The notes under the pieces are model-generated. The model searched no databases. It was given only the letters and a program-made list of their open reading frames with translations, and was not told the DNA's origin. Positions 9,970-19,355 of a stretch of DNA of 64,000 nucleotides are shown here, piece by piece (position 1 is the stretch's first letter; every line of letters starts with the position of its first letter). This DNA comes from Candidatus Alangreenwoodia gallinarii (lineage in GTDB: Bacteria; Bacillota; Clostridia; Peptostreptococcales; Anaerovoracaceae), in assembly GCA_904398315.1 (NCBI GenBank), contig CAJFPD010000023.1, positions 2,417 through 66,416 on the forward strand, written 5' to 3'. Made by a program: the position numbers and the translations under genes.

Positions 9970-10899
9970 CTACTTTGAAAACAGTGCATCGGCGAACATG
10001 GCAGGATCGAACTCCTGCAGATCGTCCATTCCTTCACCGACGCCGATAAACTTGACGGGAACGTCAAACTCATCGGCCAGGGTGATGACGATCCCGCCTT
10101 TCGCTGTACCGTCCAGCTTCGTCAGCACGATGCCTGTCAGCTCCGCTACGCTGCCGAATTCCTTCGCCTGGGAGACAGCGTTCTTTCCGGTGGCCGCATC
10201 CAGAACGAGAAGAGTCTCCCGCGCTGCCTCCGGAAATTCCCGGTCGATGACTTTATTCATCTTTTCCAGCTCCTGCATGAGATTCTTCTTATTCTGCAGC
10301 CGTCCCGCCGTATCGCAGATCAGCACATCCGTGTTTCTGGCCTGTGCCGCCTTGATGGCATCGAAAATGACAGCCGAGGGATCCGCTCCCTCCTGATGGC
10401 GGATGACGGGCACGCCCACCCGGTCTCCCCAGATCTCCAGCTGCTCGATGGCAGCGGCCCGGAATGTATCGGCAGCGGCCAGCATGACTTTTTTCCCGTC
10501 TTCCTTCAGCATATGAGCGATCTTGGCGATGGATGTGGTCTTTCCCGATCCGTTTACGCCGATCATGAGAATGACAAGAGGCACGGAAGAGGAGAGCCCG
10601 CAGCCCGATTCCTTCGTGATCAGATCTTCGATGATCTTTTTGATCTGTTCCATCACCTTATCCGGGGTATCCAGCTTTTCCGTCTTGATATCTCTGCGCA
10701 GGCGCTCGATGATTTTCCCCGTCGTCTCCATACCGATATCGGAGAGAATGAGAGTCTCCTCCAGCTCCTCCATCATTTCCTCATCGATCTCCGGCCTCTG
10801 AAAGATCACGTCCTCGATCTTTTCCACCATGTTGTTTTTCGTCCTGGTCAGACCTTCTTTCAGCCGGCCGAAAAACGATTTCTTTTCTCCGAAAGCCAT
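9970..10899 (-). CDS. ftsY: Signal recognition particle receptor FtsY
   Basis: [22 protein letters not shown] and [10 protein letters not shown] motifs. The ATG at 10899 lies downstream of GGAAGGAG. The track start (GTG 10929) has no SD. Confidence 0.9.
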   Translation of the reverse strand: MAFGEKKSFFGRLKEGLTRTKNNMVEKIEDVIFQRPEIDEEMMEELEETLILSDIGMETTGKIIERLRRDIKTEKLDTPDKVMEQIKKIIEDLITKESGCGLSSSVPLVILMIGVNGSGKTTSIAKIAHMLKEDGKKVMLAAADTFRAAAIEQLEIWGDRVGVPVIRHQEGADPSAVIFDAIKAAQARNTDVLICDTAGRLQNKKNLMQELEKMNKVIDREFPEAARETLLVLDAATGKNAVSQAKEFGSVAELTGIVLTKLDGTAKGGIVITLADEFDVPVKFIGVGEGMDDLQEFDPAMFADALFSK

Positions 10900-10968
10900 A
10901 CCGTATCGTATACTCCTTCCTGATATCACGCGCTGCGTGTTTTCTGTTCCAAATGTTCTTTTTTCCTC

Positions 10969-13900
10969 TCAGCGCACCGATTCTTCGATCTGATCCGCCA
11001 TCTTTTCCGCATCCTTCAGCCTGAGAGAGAGCACCGCGGAGATGCCCTTCTCCGGCATCGTAATACCGTACAGAACGTCGGCATGCTCCATCGTCGCCTT
11101 CTGATGCGTTACCAGAACAAACTGAATTCCGCTGAAATTTTCCAGATAACCGGCAAAACGTCCGATATTCGCTTCATCCAGAGCCGCTTCCACCTCGTCG
11201 AGAATGCAGAAAGGTGTCGGCTTCGCTCTGAGTACGGCAAACATCAGCGCCACAGCCGTCATCGTCTTTTCTCCTCCGGACAGCAGATTCATATTCTGCA
11301 GCTTCTTGCCCGGCGGCTGAACCGCAATCTCGATGCCGGCTTCCAGAGGATCGTCTCCCACCAGAGAAATGCGGGCCTTTCCGCCTCCGAACAGTTCCGT
11401 AAAGACAGACTGAAAATGTCTGCTCACCGTATCGAAACATTTTCTGAAATCTGAGCGGATTTTCTGATCTGTCTCTCCGATGATGCGTTTCAGTGAAGAA
11501 ATCGCTTCCGTCAGATCTTTTCGCTGACCGTCCAGGAATTCATATTTTTCCTTTACCGATGCATACTCGGCCACGGAACCCGTGTTGACATTTCCCAGTT
11601 CCTTCAGTCTGCGCTTAAGCCGCTTCGATTCCCGGACTGCCTCGTCAAAATCGGCGCATGCGGCGCTCCGCTCTTTCGCTTCGAGGTAAGATATCCCGAA
11701 TTCATCCCAGAGACGGTCTTTCAGACTCTTCGCACCGTCCTCCGCGCCTTCCAGCCGTACGGAGACTTCACTGCGCTTCGTACTCAGTTCGAGAATCTGT
11801 CTGTCAGATACCTCTTTTTGTTTCGTCATCTGTGAGAGACGCGCCGCCAGCCCGGATTTCTTCTGCTGCAGCTGATGGAGATTCTCCGCCTCGGAATCAT
11901 CGCGGGACTCCGCCTCCCGAAGCTGTCTTTCCGCTTCTTTTGCCTGCTTCTCCAGTTTCTGAGCTTCTTCCTCAGAACGGCGGAGGGAAGCTTCCTTGGC
12001 ACCTATATCCTCCGTCAGTGATGAAATCGTATCCTCCGTCCTCCGGATCAGATTTTCCGTTACGGAAATCTGCCCGCGGATCGATTCGATCTCCAGCTTC
12101 TGCGTCGTGATTTTATTTCCAAGTTCTTCCAGACTTTTTCGCGTTTTCTCTACGCCGGCGATATCTTCCTCCGTCTCTTTTCTCCGTTCCGCCGACTGCT
12201 GCTCCAGCTGCGCCGTTTCATGCCGCAGCTTTTCCGTCGCAGCCTCCGTCTCCGACAGTTCCTGCCGGATCCTGTCCATTTCTCTCCGGACTCTCGCTCT
12301 CTGATTCTGCTGTTCTTTCAGGCGGCTTTCCGCTGCTGAAAGCTCCCGGTTCGCCTCCACAAGCCGGATTTCCGCATCTTTCTGTGCTTCCTGCAGCCTT
12401 TTAACATCTTCCTGCGCTTTTTTCTGTTCGTCCTGCTGACGGACCAGCTCTCCACAGAGCGCTTCTTCTTCCTGCGTCAGTTTTTTCAGAGCATCCTCCG
12501 CCCGGGACAGCTGCTTTTTCCTGTCCAGAATACCTCCGCTTTCCTTTCGGCGGTACGCACCGCCGGTAATCGCTCCCGCAGGGCTGACGGATTCTCCGTC
12601 CAGTGTAACACAGCGGAAATTCCGGTGTTTTGCCGAGAATTTTACCGCATGATCCAGCGTATCGATGACTGCGACTCCTGACAGAAGATATTCCACAATC
12701 CTCTGGAAGCGATCTTCTGTCTGAACACAGTCAGCCGCTTCCGCCAGAAATCCTTCTTCTCCCTGCAGAGAAGCGTCGTGACGCCTCTGATCCGTCCGCA
12801 TGCCGGAAAGCGGCAGAAAAGTCAGTCTGCCCGCTTTATATTTTTTCAGCAGCCGGACAGCATCTTTAGCGCAGGATTCGTCGCTGCAGATGATATTCTG
12901 CATCCTCTGCCCCAGCGCTGTCTCCACTGCCGTCTCATATCCCGCCGGTACACTGATCAGATCTCCCACCGTTCCGTAGATCCCGGAAAGATCTGAGCGG
13001 CGCATGATAAAGCGGACGGCAGAATTATACCCTTCATAGGAATCATGCAGCTGACGGAGAGTATCCCTGCGCGCTTTCTCTTCGCTCTTTCTGCGGCGAA
13101 TATCCTCGAGACGGCCGGACAGTTCCGCAGTCTTCTCCTCCGTCTGCTTTTTTATCATCCCGGCTTCCGCTGTACGCCGCGCAAATTTCTCCGCTTCCGA
13201 ACGAAGATCCTGCGCGCAGCGGACCATCTCTTCATAGGAATCCGATGTCTCCTCCTCATCCCGCTGTGCGGAAAACACTTCATCCAGCTGCTCTTTTCTC
13301 TTCTTCAGCGAGTCACACAGATTCATAAGGCCGGCCAGCTCTGCTTTTCTGGAGGAAATCTGTACACCGAACTCATAAAGAATGTTCTTTCCCTCTTCGC
13401 CTCTCGATTCCATCTCTTTGAGACGTTTCGATTCGCTGATAAAGCGGGCATTTTTTTCCTCCAGCCCCCGCTGTGCTTCTTCTCCGCTCTTTTTCAGAGC
13501 ATCAGACTGTCTGCGCAGCGATTCTCCGGCCGCCTCTTCTTTTTCCAGCCTGGCGGACAGTTTTTCCTTTTCCGCGCAGTAATCCCGTATATTTTCCAGC
13601 AGTGATTCTCTTTTTTCCAGAAAGAGCTTTCTGCTGTCCGCAAGCCTGCGTATTTCACCGGAGCGCTGCATCATGCGGTCGCGCTCCTCCATATCTCTGC
13701 GGTCCAGTTCTTCTCCTTCCGTCTGCAGCTTCCGGATCTGTTCTTCCAGAAGGCGACGTTCGCGCTCCGCCTCTTCGGAACGCTGTTTCAGATCTGCAGC
13801 CATGCTCTGAAGCGCCTGGTGCTCGCAGTCCGCATCTCCGATTTTTTTCAGAATCACGGATATTTCCGCATCCCGATATGCCGCATCGAGCTCCAGATAA

Positions 13901-14541
13901 CGCTCCGCTCTTTCGGATTCCTCTTTCAGCGGACCGAGTCTTTCCTCCAGTCCGGCGATGATATCATTGACTCTGTCCAGATTGGAACCGGCGGCGGCCA
14001 GCTTACGCTCCGTCTCCGCCTTTTTATTCCGGTATTTTACAATTCCCGCCGCTTCTTCAAAGATCCCGCGCCGGCTCTCCGGTCTGCCGCTGATGATATC
14101 TGCGATTTTTCCCTGTCCGATGAGAGAATATCCGTCGACGCCGATTCCCGTATCCATGATGAGTTCCCGGATGTCCCGGAGGCGGCACTGGGAGTCGTTG
14201 ATATAATATTCGCTCTCTCCTGAACGGTACATCCGTCTGGTGAGGGAAACCTCGGAAAAGTCCACAGGCAGACTGCCGTCGGAATTATCGATGACCAGGG
14301 TCACCTCTGCCATTCCCCGCGGCTTGCGCGAAGCGGTTCCTGCAAAAATCACCTCATCCATCTTTCCGCCCCGCAGCATCTTCGGGCTCTGTTCTCCCAG
14401 AACCCATCGCAGCGCATCGGAAATATTGCTCTTTCCGCTGCCGTTAGGACCTACGACACATGTAATACCTCTGCCGAATTCGATAGTAACGGGATCAGCG
14501 AAGGATTTGAAGCCGTTCATGCTGATCTTTTTAAAATACAA
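10969..14541 (-). CDS. smc: Chromosome segregation protein SMC
   Basis: N-terminal FKSFADP..GPNGSGKSN Walker A, long coiled coils, hinge, and C-terminal LSGGEKTMTAVALMFA..ILDEVEAALD. TTG start. rnc-smc-ftsY synteny. Confidence 0.95.
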   Translation of the reverse strand: MYFKKISMNGFKSFADPVTIEFGRGITCVVGPNGSGKSNISDALRWVLGEQSPKMLRGGKMDEVIFAGTASRKPRGMAEVTLVIDNSDGSLPVDFSEVSLTRRMYRSGESEYYINDSQCRLRDIRELIMDTGIGVDGYSLIGQGKIADIISGRPESRRGIFEEAAGIVKYRNKKAETERKLAAAGSNLDRVNDIIAGLEERLGPLKEESERAERYLELDAAYRDAEISVILKKIGDADCEHQALQSMAADLKQRSEEAERERRLLEEQIRKLQTEGEELDRRDMEERDRMMQRSGEIRRLADSRKLFLEKRESLLENIRDYCAEKEKLSARLEKEEAAGESLRRQSDALKKSGEEAQRGLEEKNARFISESKRLKEMESRGEEGKNILYEFGVQISSRKAELAGLMNLCDSLKKRKEQLDEVFSAQRDEEETSDSYEEMVRCAQDLRSEAEKFARRTAEAGMIKKQTEEKTAELSGRLEDIRRRKSEEKARRDTLRQLHDSYEGYNSAVRFIMRRSDLSGIYGTVGDLISVPAGYETAVETALGQRMQNIICSDESCAKDAVRLLKKYKAGRLTFLPLSGMRTDQRRHDASLQGEEGFLAEAADCVQTEDRFQRIVEYLLSGVAVIDTLDHAVKFSAKHRNFRCVTLDGESVSPAGAITGGAYRRKESGGILDRKKQLSRAEDALKKLTQEEEALCGELVRQQDEQKKAQEDVKRLQEAQKDAEIRLVEANRELSAAESRLKEQQNQRARVRREMDRIRQELSETEAATEKLRHETAQLEQQSAERRKETEEDIAGVEKTRKSLEELGNKITTQKLEIESIRGQISVTENLIRRTEDTISSLTEDIGAKEASLRRSEEEAQKLEKQAKEAERQLREAESRDDSEAENLHQLQQKKSGLAARLSQMTKQKEVSDRQILELSTKRSEVSVRLEGAEDGAKSLKDRLWDEFGISYLEAKERSAACADFDEAVRESKRLKRRLKELGNVNTGSVAEYASVKEKYEFLDGQRKDLTEAISSLKRIIGETDQKIRSDFRKCFDTVSRHFQSVFTELFGGGKARISLVGDDPLEAGIEIAVQPPGKKLQNMNLLSGGEKTMTAVALMFAVLRAKPTPFCILDEVEAALDEANIGRFAGYLENFSGIQFVLVTHQKATMEHADVLYGITMPEKGISAVLSLRLKDAEKMADQIEESVR

Positions 14542-14542
14542 A

Positions 14543-15247
14543 TTAACCTCTCATCTTTTCCAGCGCCTGTTTCGCCGCGTTCTGCTGCGCCTGCTTCTTA
14601 CTGTTTCCGGATCCCCGGCCGATTACCACGCCGTTGTTGCGCAGCGAGACGAAAAATGTCTTGTCGTGATCCGGACCGGATTCCCGGTCGATCTTATAGG
14701 TAATATGCGCTTCTCCCCTCGACTGAAGAATCTCCTGGATCGCCGTCTTATAGTCATTTTCCAGCCGGCCGTTCAGAGCATCCTCGATCACATCGCCGAA
14801 GAGACGCAGGATGACGCCCCGTACGCTTTCCCAGCCTCCGTCACGGTAGACAGCACCGATGGTAGCCTCCAGGGCATCCGCTGCCAGGGAACGGTTTTTC
14901 TTGTGCATGAAAGAAATCTGTTCCCCGTGACCGAGCCGCATATAATCCACCAGATGCAGTTCCTCCGCTTTGCGGAAGAGCGACTGCTCACAGACGACAG
15001 AAGCTCTCAGACGACTCAGGTCGCCTTCCTCATTGTCTGTCAGCCTCACGTAAAGCTCGTCCGCGATCACCGCGTCAAAAACGGCGTCTCCGAGAAATTC
15101 GAGACGCTCGTTATTTTCATTATAACTCAGTTTATGTTCATAGCAGTAGGAGCTGTGCGTCAGAGCGTTGCGCAGCAGCCTTTCATCACAAAACGAATAA
15201 CCCAGAACGCGGCATAATTCCGATAAATCTCTCCTGTCCCTACTCAC
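14543..15247 (-). CDS. rnc: Ribonuclease III
   Basis: ERLEFLGDAV signature and C-terminal dsRBD (GSGNSKKQAQQNAAKQAL). GTG start overlaps the plsX stop. Confidence 0.95.
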   Translation of the reverse strand: MSRDRRDLSELCRVLGYSFCDERLLRNALTHSSYCYEHKLSYNENNERLEFLGDAVFDAVIADELYVRLTDNEEGDLSRLRASVVCEQSLFRKAEELHLVDYMRLGHGEQISFMHKKNRSLAADALEATIGAVYRDGGWESVRGVILRLFGDVIEDALNGRLENDYKTAIQEILQSRGEAHITYKIDRESGPDHDKTFFVSLRNNGVVIGRGSGNSKKQAQQNAAKQALEKMRG

Positions 15248-16253
15248 TGATCGCTATTTCCTCCAGTTCGATAACAGAATCCCGAATGATTCCCACCACG
15301 TTATGCTCTACATAAGAAACGCCCTTGATAATGGCGCTCTTTACACCGGCTGCTTCGGAGGAACCGTGCATCTTTACCACCGGTCCCTTCACGCCCAGAA
15401 TCGGGGCTCCGCCGTATTCTGAATAATCAAAATCCCGTTTCAGCTCTCTGAGCTGATTTGAGAGCATCAGTGCTCCCAGTCTTGAGCGCGTCGTAGCATT
15501 CAGTTTCTTCTTCAGCAGATCCATGACTTTCTGCGCCAGCCCTTCCGTGAGCTTCAGAAGCGTGTTGCCCACAAAACCGTCGCACACCAGTACGTCCGCC
15601 GCACCGAACGGCACATCCCGCGCTTCCACATTTCCGATGAAGTTAAGATTGCTCTTTTTCAGAAGCTGATACGTCTCTTTGAGCATCGTCGTTCCCTTTT
15701 TCTCTTCGGAGCCGATATTGATCAGACCTACGGTCGGAGAAGGAAAGCCCAGTACCTTATTCATATAAATACTGCCCATGGTGGCAAATTCCAGAAGATT
15801 ATCCGGCTTGCACTCCGCATTGGCTCCGGCGTCGACGAGGAAGGAGACTCCGCTTCCAAGAATCGGATATGTCATGCCGATGGCCGGCCGGTCGATGCCG
15901 GGTATTCTTCCCAAATTAAAAAGAGCTCCTGCCATCAGGGCCCCTGTATTTCCGCCGGAGATGGCAAAATCGCATTTTTTCTCCCGTACGAGCATGATCG
16001 AACGGATCATGGAAGAATCCTTTTTCGTCCGTGCCGCCTTTACCGGCGGATCATCATTCAGAATGACTTCCGGTGCATGGACGATTTTGATCTGATTCCG
16101 ATCGAATCTGTACTTTTTCAGCTCCCTGCGGATCGTATCCTCCGGCCCTACGATGTAAATTTCATCTTTGATGATCTGTGCGGCCTCCACACAGCCTTTT
16201 ACGATTTCCTGCGGGGCGTGATCTCCGCCCATTCCGTCGACTGCTATTCTCAT
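15240..16253 (-). CDS. plsX: Phosphate acyltransferase PlsX
   Basis: MRIAVDGMGGDHAP N-terminus and GFVGN motif. The ATG at 16253 follows GGAGGG by 9 nt, whereas the track start 16274 has a weak SD. Confidence 0.95.
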   Translation of the reverse strand: MRIAVDGMGGDHAPQEIVKGCVEAAQIIKDEIYIVGPEDTIRRELKKYRFDRNQIKIVHAPEVILNDDPPVKAARTKKDSSMIRSIMLVREKKCDFAISGGNTGALMAGALFNLGRIPGIDRPAIGMTYPILGSGVSFLVDAGANAECKPDNLLEFATMGSIYMNKVLGFPSPTVGLINIGSEEKKGTTMLKETYQLLKKSNLNFIGNVEARDVPFGAADVLVCDGFVGNTLLKLTEGLAQKVMDLLKKKLNATTRSRLGALMLSNQLRELKRDFDYSEYGGAPILGVKGPVVKMHGSSEAAGVKSAIIKGVSYVEHNVVGIIRDSVIELEEIAISE

Positions 16254-16303
16254 TTCTGCATTCCCTCCGGTCATACATTTCCCAATACGTTAGATATCGT
16301 ATA

Positions 16304-16332
16304 AGTATACCACAGCCGGCGGTATATTGCAA
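16304..16332 (-). promoter_or_regulatory. Candidate sigma-A promoter for plsX
   Basis: Minus strand reads TTGCAA (16327-16332), a 17-nt spacer, then TATACT (16304-16309). Confidence 0.4.
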
Positions 16333-16379
16333 AGATTTCAGCCTTCTTCAACCGCCCGCAGTCCGTCAGAAAGACGGGG

Positions 16380-16420
16380 AAATACCGCTTCCGGACATGC
16401 AGCATCGTGCATGTCCGGAA
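16380..16420 (-). terminator. Possible terminator after the desulfoferrodoxin-like gene
   Basis: 13-bp stem (16389-16401 pairs with 16408-20, core CCGGACATGCA / TGCATGTCCGG). The downstream tract on the minus strand is only moderately U-rich. Confidence 0.4.
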
Positions 16421-16483
16421 CAGAACGGAAAACATGGAAAGTCTCTGCCGCCTCCGAAGCTTTTTATAATTTCACACCCTTTT

Positions 16484-17044
16484 TCAATTCAGTGCATTCA
16501 CATCCGACGCTTCCCAGAGTCCGTGGCGGCTGCTGTAGACCAGCGCACGGCGGAACTGTTCTTTTTCATTCAGAGTAAACTCCGCTTTCTTCGGACCGTC
16601 CGCATTCAGCACCTGGCGGTGGCCGCCCAAATCTGTCTGAATGTAGGCCCAGCCCATATGATCACTTCTTCCCACACTGTGCGGCACGTTGCCCGCGTCT
16701 ACCGTCACCTTTCTGCCTTCCAGACGCACCTTCGGAAGATTTTCTTTCAGATCTCCCTGAGCGTTCGCATAAAGACGCTCCATGTCGTTTCCGCAGCAGC
16801 GGATACGGATCCCGGAGTCATTGAGCATACCTATGAGATTTCCGCAGTGACTGCACAGATAAAATTTCTGCTCTCCGTCAGGATCCGCACTTTCGTACCG
16901 GTCTGCATCCCGCTTTTCTCCTGACGCGTTGCAGGCCTCTCCGGCGATTTCCGATCCGTTCAGAATGCGCTGCTCATACATTTCCTCTGTCTCACCGCTT
17001 TCGGAACGCATCGTCCCTCCCATATACATCGTATTTTTCTCCAT
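16484..17044 (-). CDS. Desulfoferrodoxin-like protein with an acidic N-terminal extension and a degenerate centre II
   Basis: The ATG at 17044 follows AAGGAGG by 8 nt. The core FYLCSHCGN..CCG aligns to the Dfx centre-I CxxC..CC. The EKHVP motif reads ENLPK and the CNLHG motif reads SSRHG. Confidence 0.7.
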   Translation of the reverse strand: MEKNTMYMGGTMRSESGETEEMYEQRILNGSEIAGEACNASGEKRDADRYESADPDGEQKFYLCSHCGNLIGMLNDSGIRIRCCGNDMERLYANAQGDLKENLPKVRLEGRKVTVDAGNVPHSVGRSDHMGWAYIQTDLGGHRQVLNADGPKKAEFTLNEKEQFRRALVYSSRHGLWEASDVNALN

Positions 17045-17310
17045 AATAAAAACCTCCTTACATATATCTGATTTCCACCGTCTCCGTTCTGTGCGGACCC
17101 GTCCATACCCGTACAAAATACGGACCGCATCCGGGCAGATCCGTTCCCCCGGACAGATAGCGGACAGATATATGTAAAGAGGTTTCTCAAAAAGACTCAT
17201 GATTTTTTTCCCGCGGGATGAAGGACCGCGTCGTGCGGCGCGATCTTTTTCCTCATCTTTTATTTTGTACTGTTCCTGCGGGATTTATAGCGGAATTGCC
17301 TTCTTTCCGA

Positions 17311-17886
17311 CTATTTTTTCTTTTTTTTCTGCACCGAAAAGCCGAACTTTCCGATCTTTTTCCCCTGTCCGAAATAGGCTCCATGACTGTAGATCAACGG
17401 TGCCGACGCGGCAAGATCGAAATGTCCGTTCTCATCCATGTAGTCCGAATCCGCTGTCACTCCCAGAACCTCGGCGAGAAACATATCATGGGATCCCAGA
17501 GGGATGACCTGCTTTACGCGGCATTCGATATTCACAGGGGATTCCGCGATGGAAGGTACCGAAACGTATTTCGACGGAACCGGTGTCAGGTGCATCTGAG
17601 CAAATTTGTCCACATCTCTCCCAGATCTGACGCCGCACCAGTCGGTTGCCTCCGCCAGAGATTCTGTCGTCAGATTGATGACGAATTCTCCGCTCTCCCG
17701 GATGATATCATAGGAATACCGCTCCGGCCGGACGGAGATATATACCATGGCCGGATCGCTGCAGACAGTACCTGTCCAGGCCACCGTGATGATATTCGGC
17801 TTTTCGTTTCCCCGCCTGCAGCTGACCATGACGGCCGGCAGCGGGTACAGCATGTTGCCGGCTCTCCAGTACTCTTTTTTCCCCAT
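17311..17886 (-). CDS. Flavin reductase family protein (FMN-binding split barrel)
   Basis: LYPLPAVMVSCR..NIITVAWTG..ISVRP..Y..I...GEFVINL is typical of the flavin_reduct domain. AGGAGAAAG SD. Ends in a poly-Lys tail (QKKKKK) encoded by an A-rich homopolymer run. Confidence 0.85.
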   Translation of the reverse strand: MGKKEYWRAGNMLYPLPAVMVSCRRGNEKPNIITVAWTGTVCSDPAMVYISVRPERYSYDIIRESGEFVINLTTESLAEATDWCGVRSGRDVDKFAQMHLTPVPSKYVSVPSIAESPVNIECRVKQVIPLGSHDMFLAEVLGVTADSDYMDENGHFDLAASAPLIYSHGAYFGQGKKIGKFGFSVQKKKKK

Positions 17887-18055
17887 CTCTTCTTTCTCCT
17901 GTTTCTCCCGTTTTTTCCGGCTTTCCTCTTCTTTGCCTGTTTTTCTCTTTGCCTGTTTTTCGGCGACACCATATTTTTCCGGAAGCCGTGCGTTTTTCCA
18001 TCGGATGCACGGCTTCCGGAAAGACGAAAAACCGGCTGTTTCGGCATTTTCAAGT

Positions 18056-18077
18056 TTACGATAACATGTTATCGTAA
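18056..18077. repeat. 22-bp perfect palindrome TTACGATAACATGTTATCGTAA
   Basis: Checked base by base. Lies 4 nt downstream of the purD stop and about 170 nt upstream of the flavin reductase start. No U-tract follows on either strand. Confidence 0.9.
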
Positions 18078-18081
18078 TATA

Positions 18082-19341
18082 CTATCGGTTTATTTTTCCG
18101 ATGTCTCTGCGGAACTGGGCACCTTCAAAGGAAATTTTTTCCACATTTGCAAAAGCCTTTGCTCTCGCCTCATCGTTCGTTGCGCCGGTTGCCGTCACGC
18201 CCAGCACACGACCGCCGCTGGTGACGATCTTTCCGTCTCTTTTCGCGGTCCCGGCGTGAAATACGACCACATCTTCATCCACATCCCCGAGACCGGAGAT
18301 CACTTTGCCCTTCTCATAGCTTCCCGGATATCCTCCGGAGGCCAGGACCACACATACCGAACGCCGGTCACTCCACCGGATTTCCGTCTGATCCAGCGTC
18401 CCGTCAATGCAGGCGTCGAAAATCTCCGACAGGTCGCTTTCCAGACGCATGAGAACCGACTGAGTCTCCGGATCGCCGAAACGGTTGTTGAATTCGATGA
18501 CCTTCGGACCGTCTTCGCCGATCATGAGGCCGATAAACAGCACTCCGTGAAAATCCAGTCCGTCTTCCAGAAATCCCCGGATCGTCGGCTGTAGAATTTT
18601 TTCATCGATCTCCCGCTTCAGCTCCTCCGTGAAGATGAGGCTCGGCGAATAGCTGCCCATGCCGCCGGTATTAGGACCTTTGTCACCGTCAAAAATACGT
18701 TTATAGTCCTGAGCGGATTCCATAGGAACGATCGTTTTTCCGTCCACAAAACAGAGCATGGATGCTTCGATACCCCGCAGACATTCCTCCACGATCACTT
18801 TATCCGCCGCATCGCCGAAGATTCTGTCGCCCATCATCTCCTCCACGGCGCGCTCCGCTTCCTCGCGGTTTTCCGCCAGGATCACTCCCTTGCCGGCGGC
18901 CAGTCCGTCTGCCTTCAGGACCATCGGGTATCCGAAGATTCCGATATCTTTCTTCAGCGCTTCCTTCTCCGTATATTCTTTATATCCCGCCGTCGGGATA
19001 CGGTGCTTCATCAGGAAAGATTTCGTAAAGGACTTGCTTCCTTCCAGCTGTGAACATTTTTTATCCGGTCCGAAGACACGGATCCCCGCTTCATTCAGCA
19101 CATCGGTGATTCCCATGGAAAGCGGAACCTCCGGTCCGATGACTGCCATATCGATGGCTTCTTTTACGCAGAAATCCCGGATTCCTTCGAGATCCTCGGC
19201 TCCGATGGGAACGCATTCGGCCACCTCTTCGATTCCCGCATTACCGGGTGCACAGTAAAGTTTATCCACTCTGTCGCTCTGAGCCAGTTTCCATGCAATC
19301 GCATGTTCCCTGCCGCCGCTGCCAACGACTAATATTTTCAT
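18082..19341 (-). CDS. purD: Phosphoribosylamine-glycine ligase
   Basis: MKILVVGSGGREHAIAWK N-terminus and ATP-grasp motifs. The start at 19341 has AGAGGGAAAAGG upstream, so the track N-terminal extension is unlikely. Confidence 0.95.
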   Translation of the reverse strand: MKILVVGSGGREHAIAWKLAQSDRVDKLYCAPGNAGIEEVAECVPIGAEDLEGIRDFCVKEAIDMAVIGPEVPLSMGITDVLNEAGIRVFGPDKKCSQLEGSKSFTKSFLMKHRIPTAGYKEYTEKEALKKDIGIFGYPMVLKADGLAAGKGVILAENREEAERAVEEMMGDRIFGDAADKVIVEECLRGIEASMLCFVDGKTIVPMESAQDYKRIFDGDKGPNTGGMGSYSPSLIFTEELKREIDEKILQPTIRGFLEDGLDFHGVLFIGLMIGEDGPKVIEFNNRFGDPETQSVLMRLESDLSEIFDACIDGTLDQTEIRWSDRRSVCVVLASGGYPGSYEKGKVISGLGDVDEDVVVFHAGTAKRDGKIVTSGGRVLGVTATGATNDEARAKAFANVEKISFEGAQFRRDIGKINR

Positions 19342-19355
19342 GCCCTTTTCCCTCT

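Noticed and set aside
17670-18064. Overlapping Lys/Arg-rich ORFs (127, 100 and 105 aa) around the flavin reductase start
   Set aside because: They derive from the purine-rich tandem-repeat leader, overlap each other and a real gene, and have no SD.
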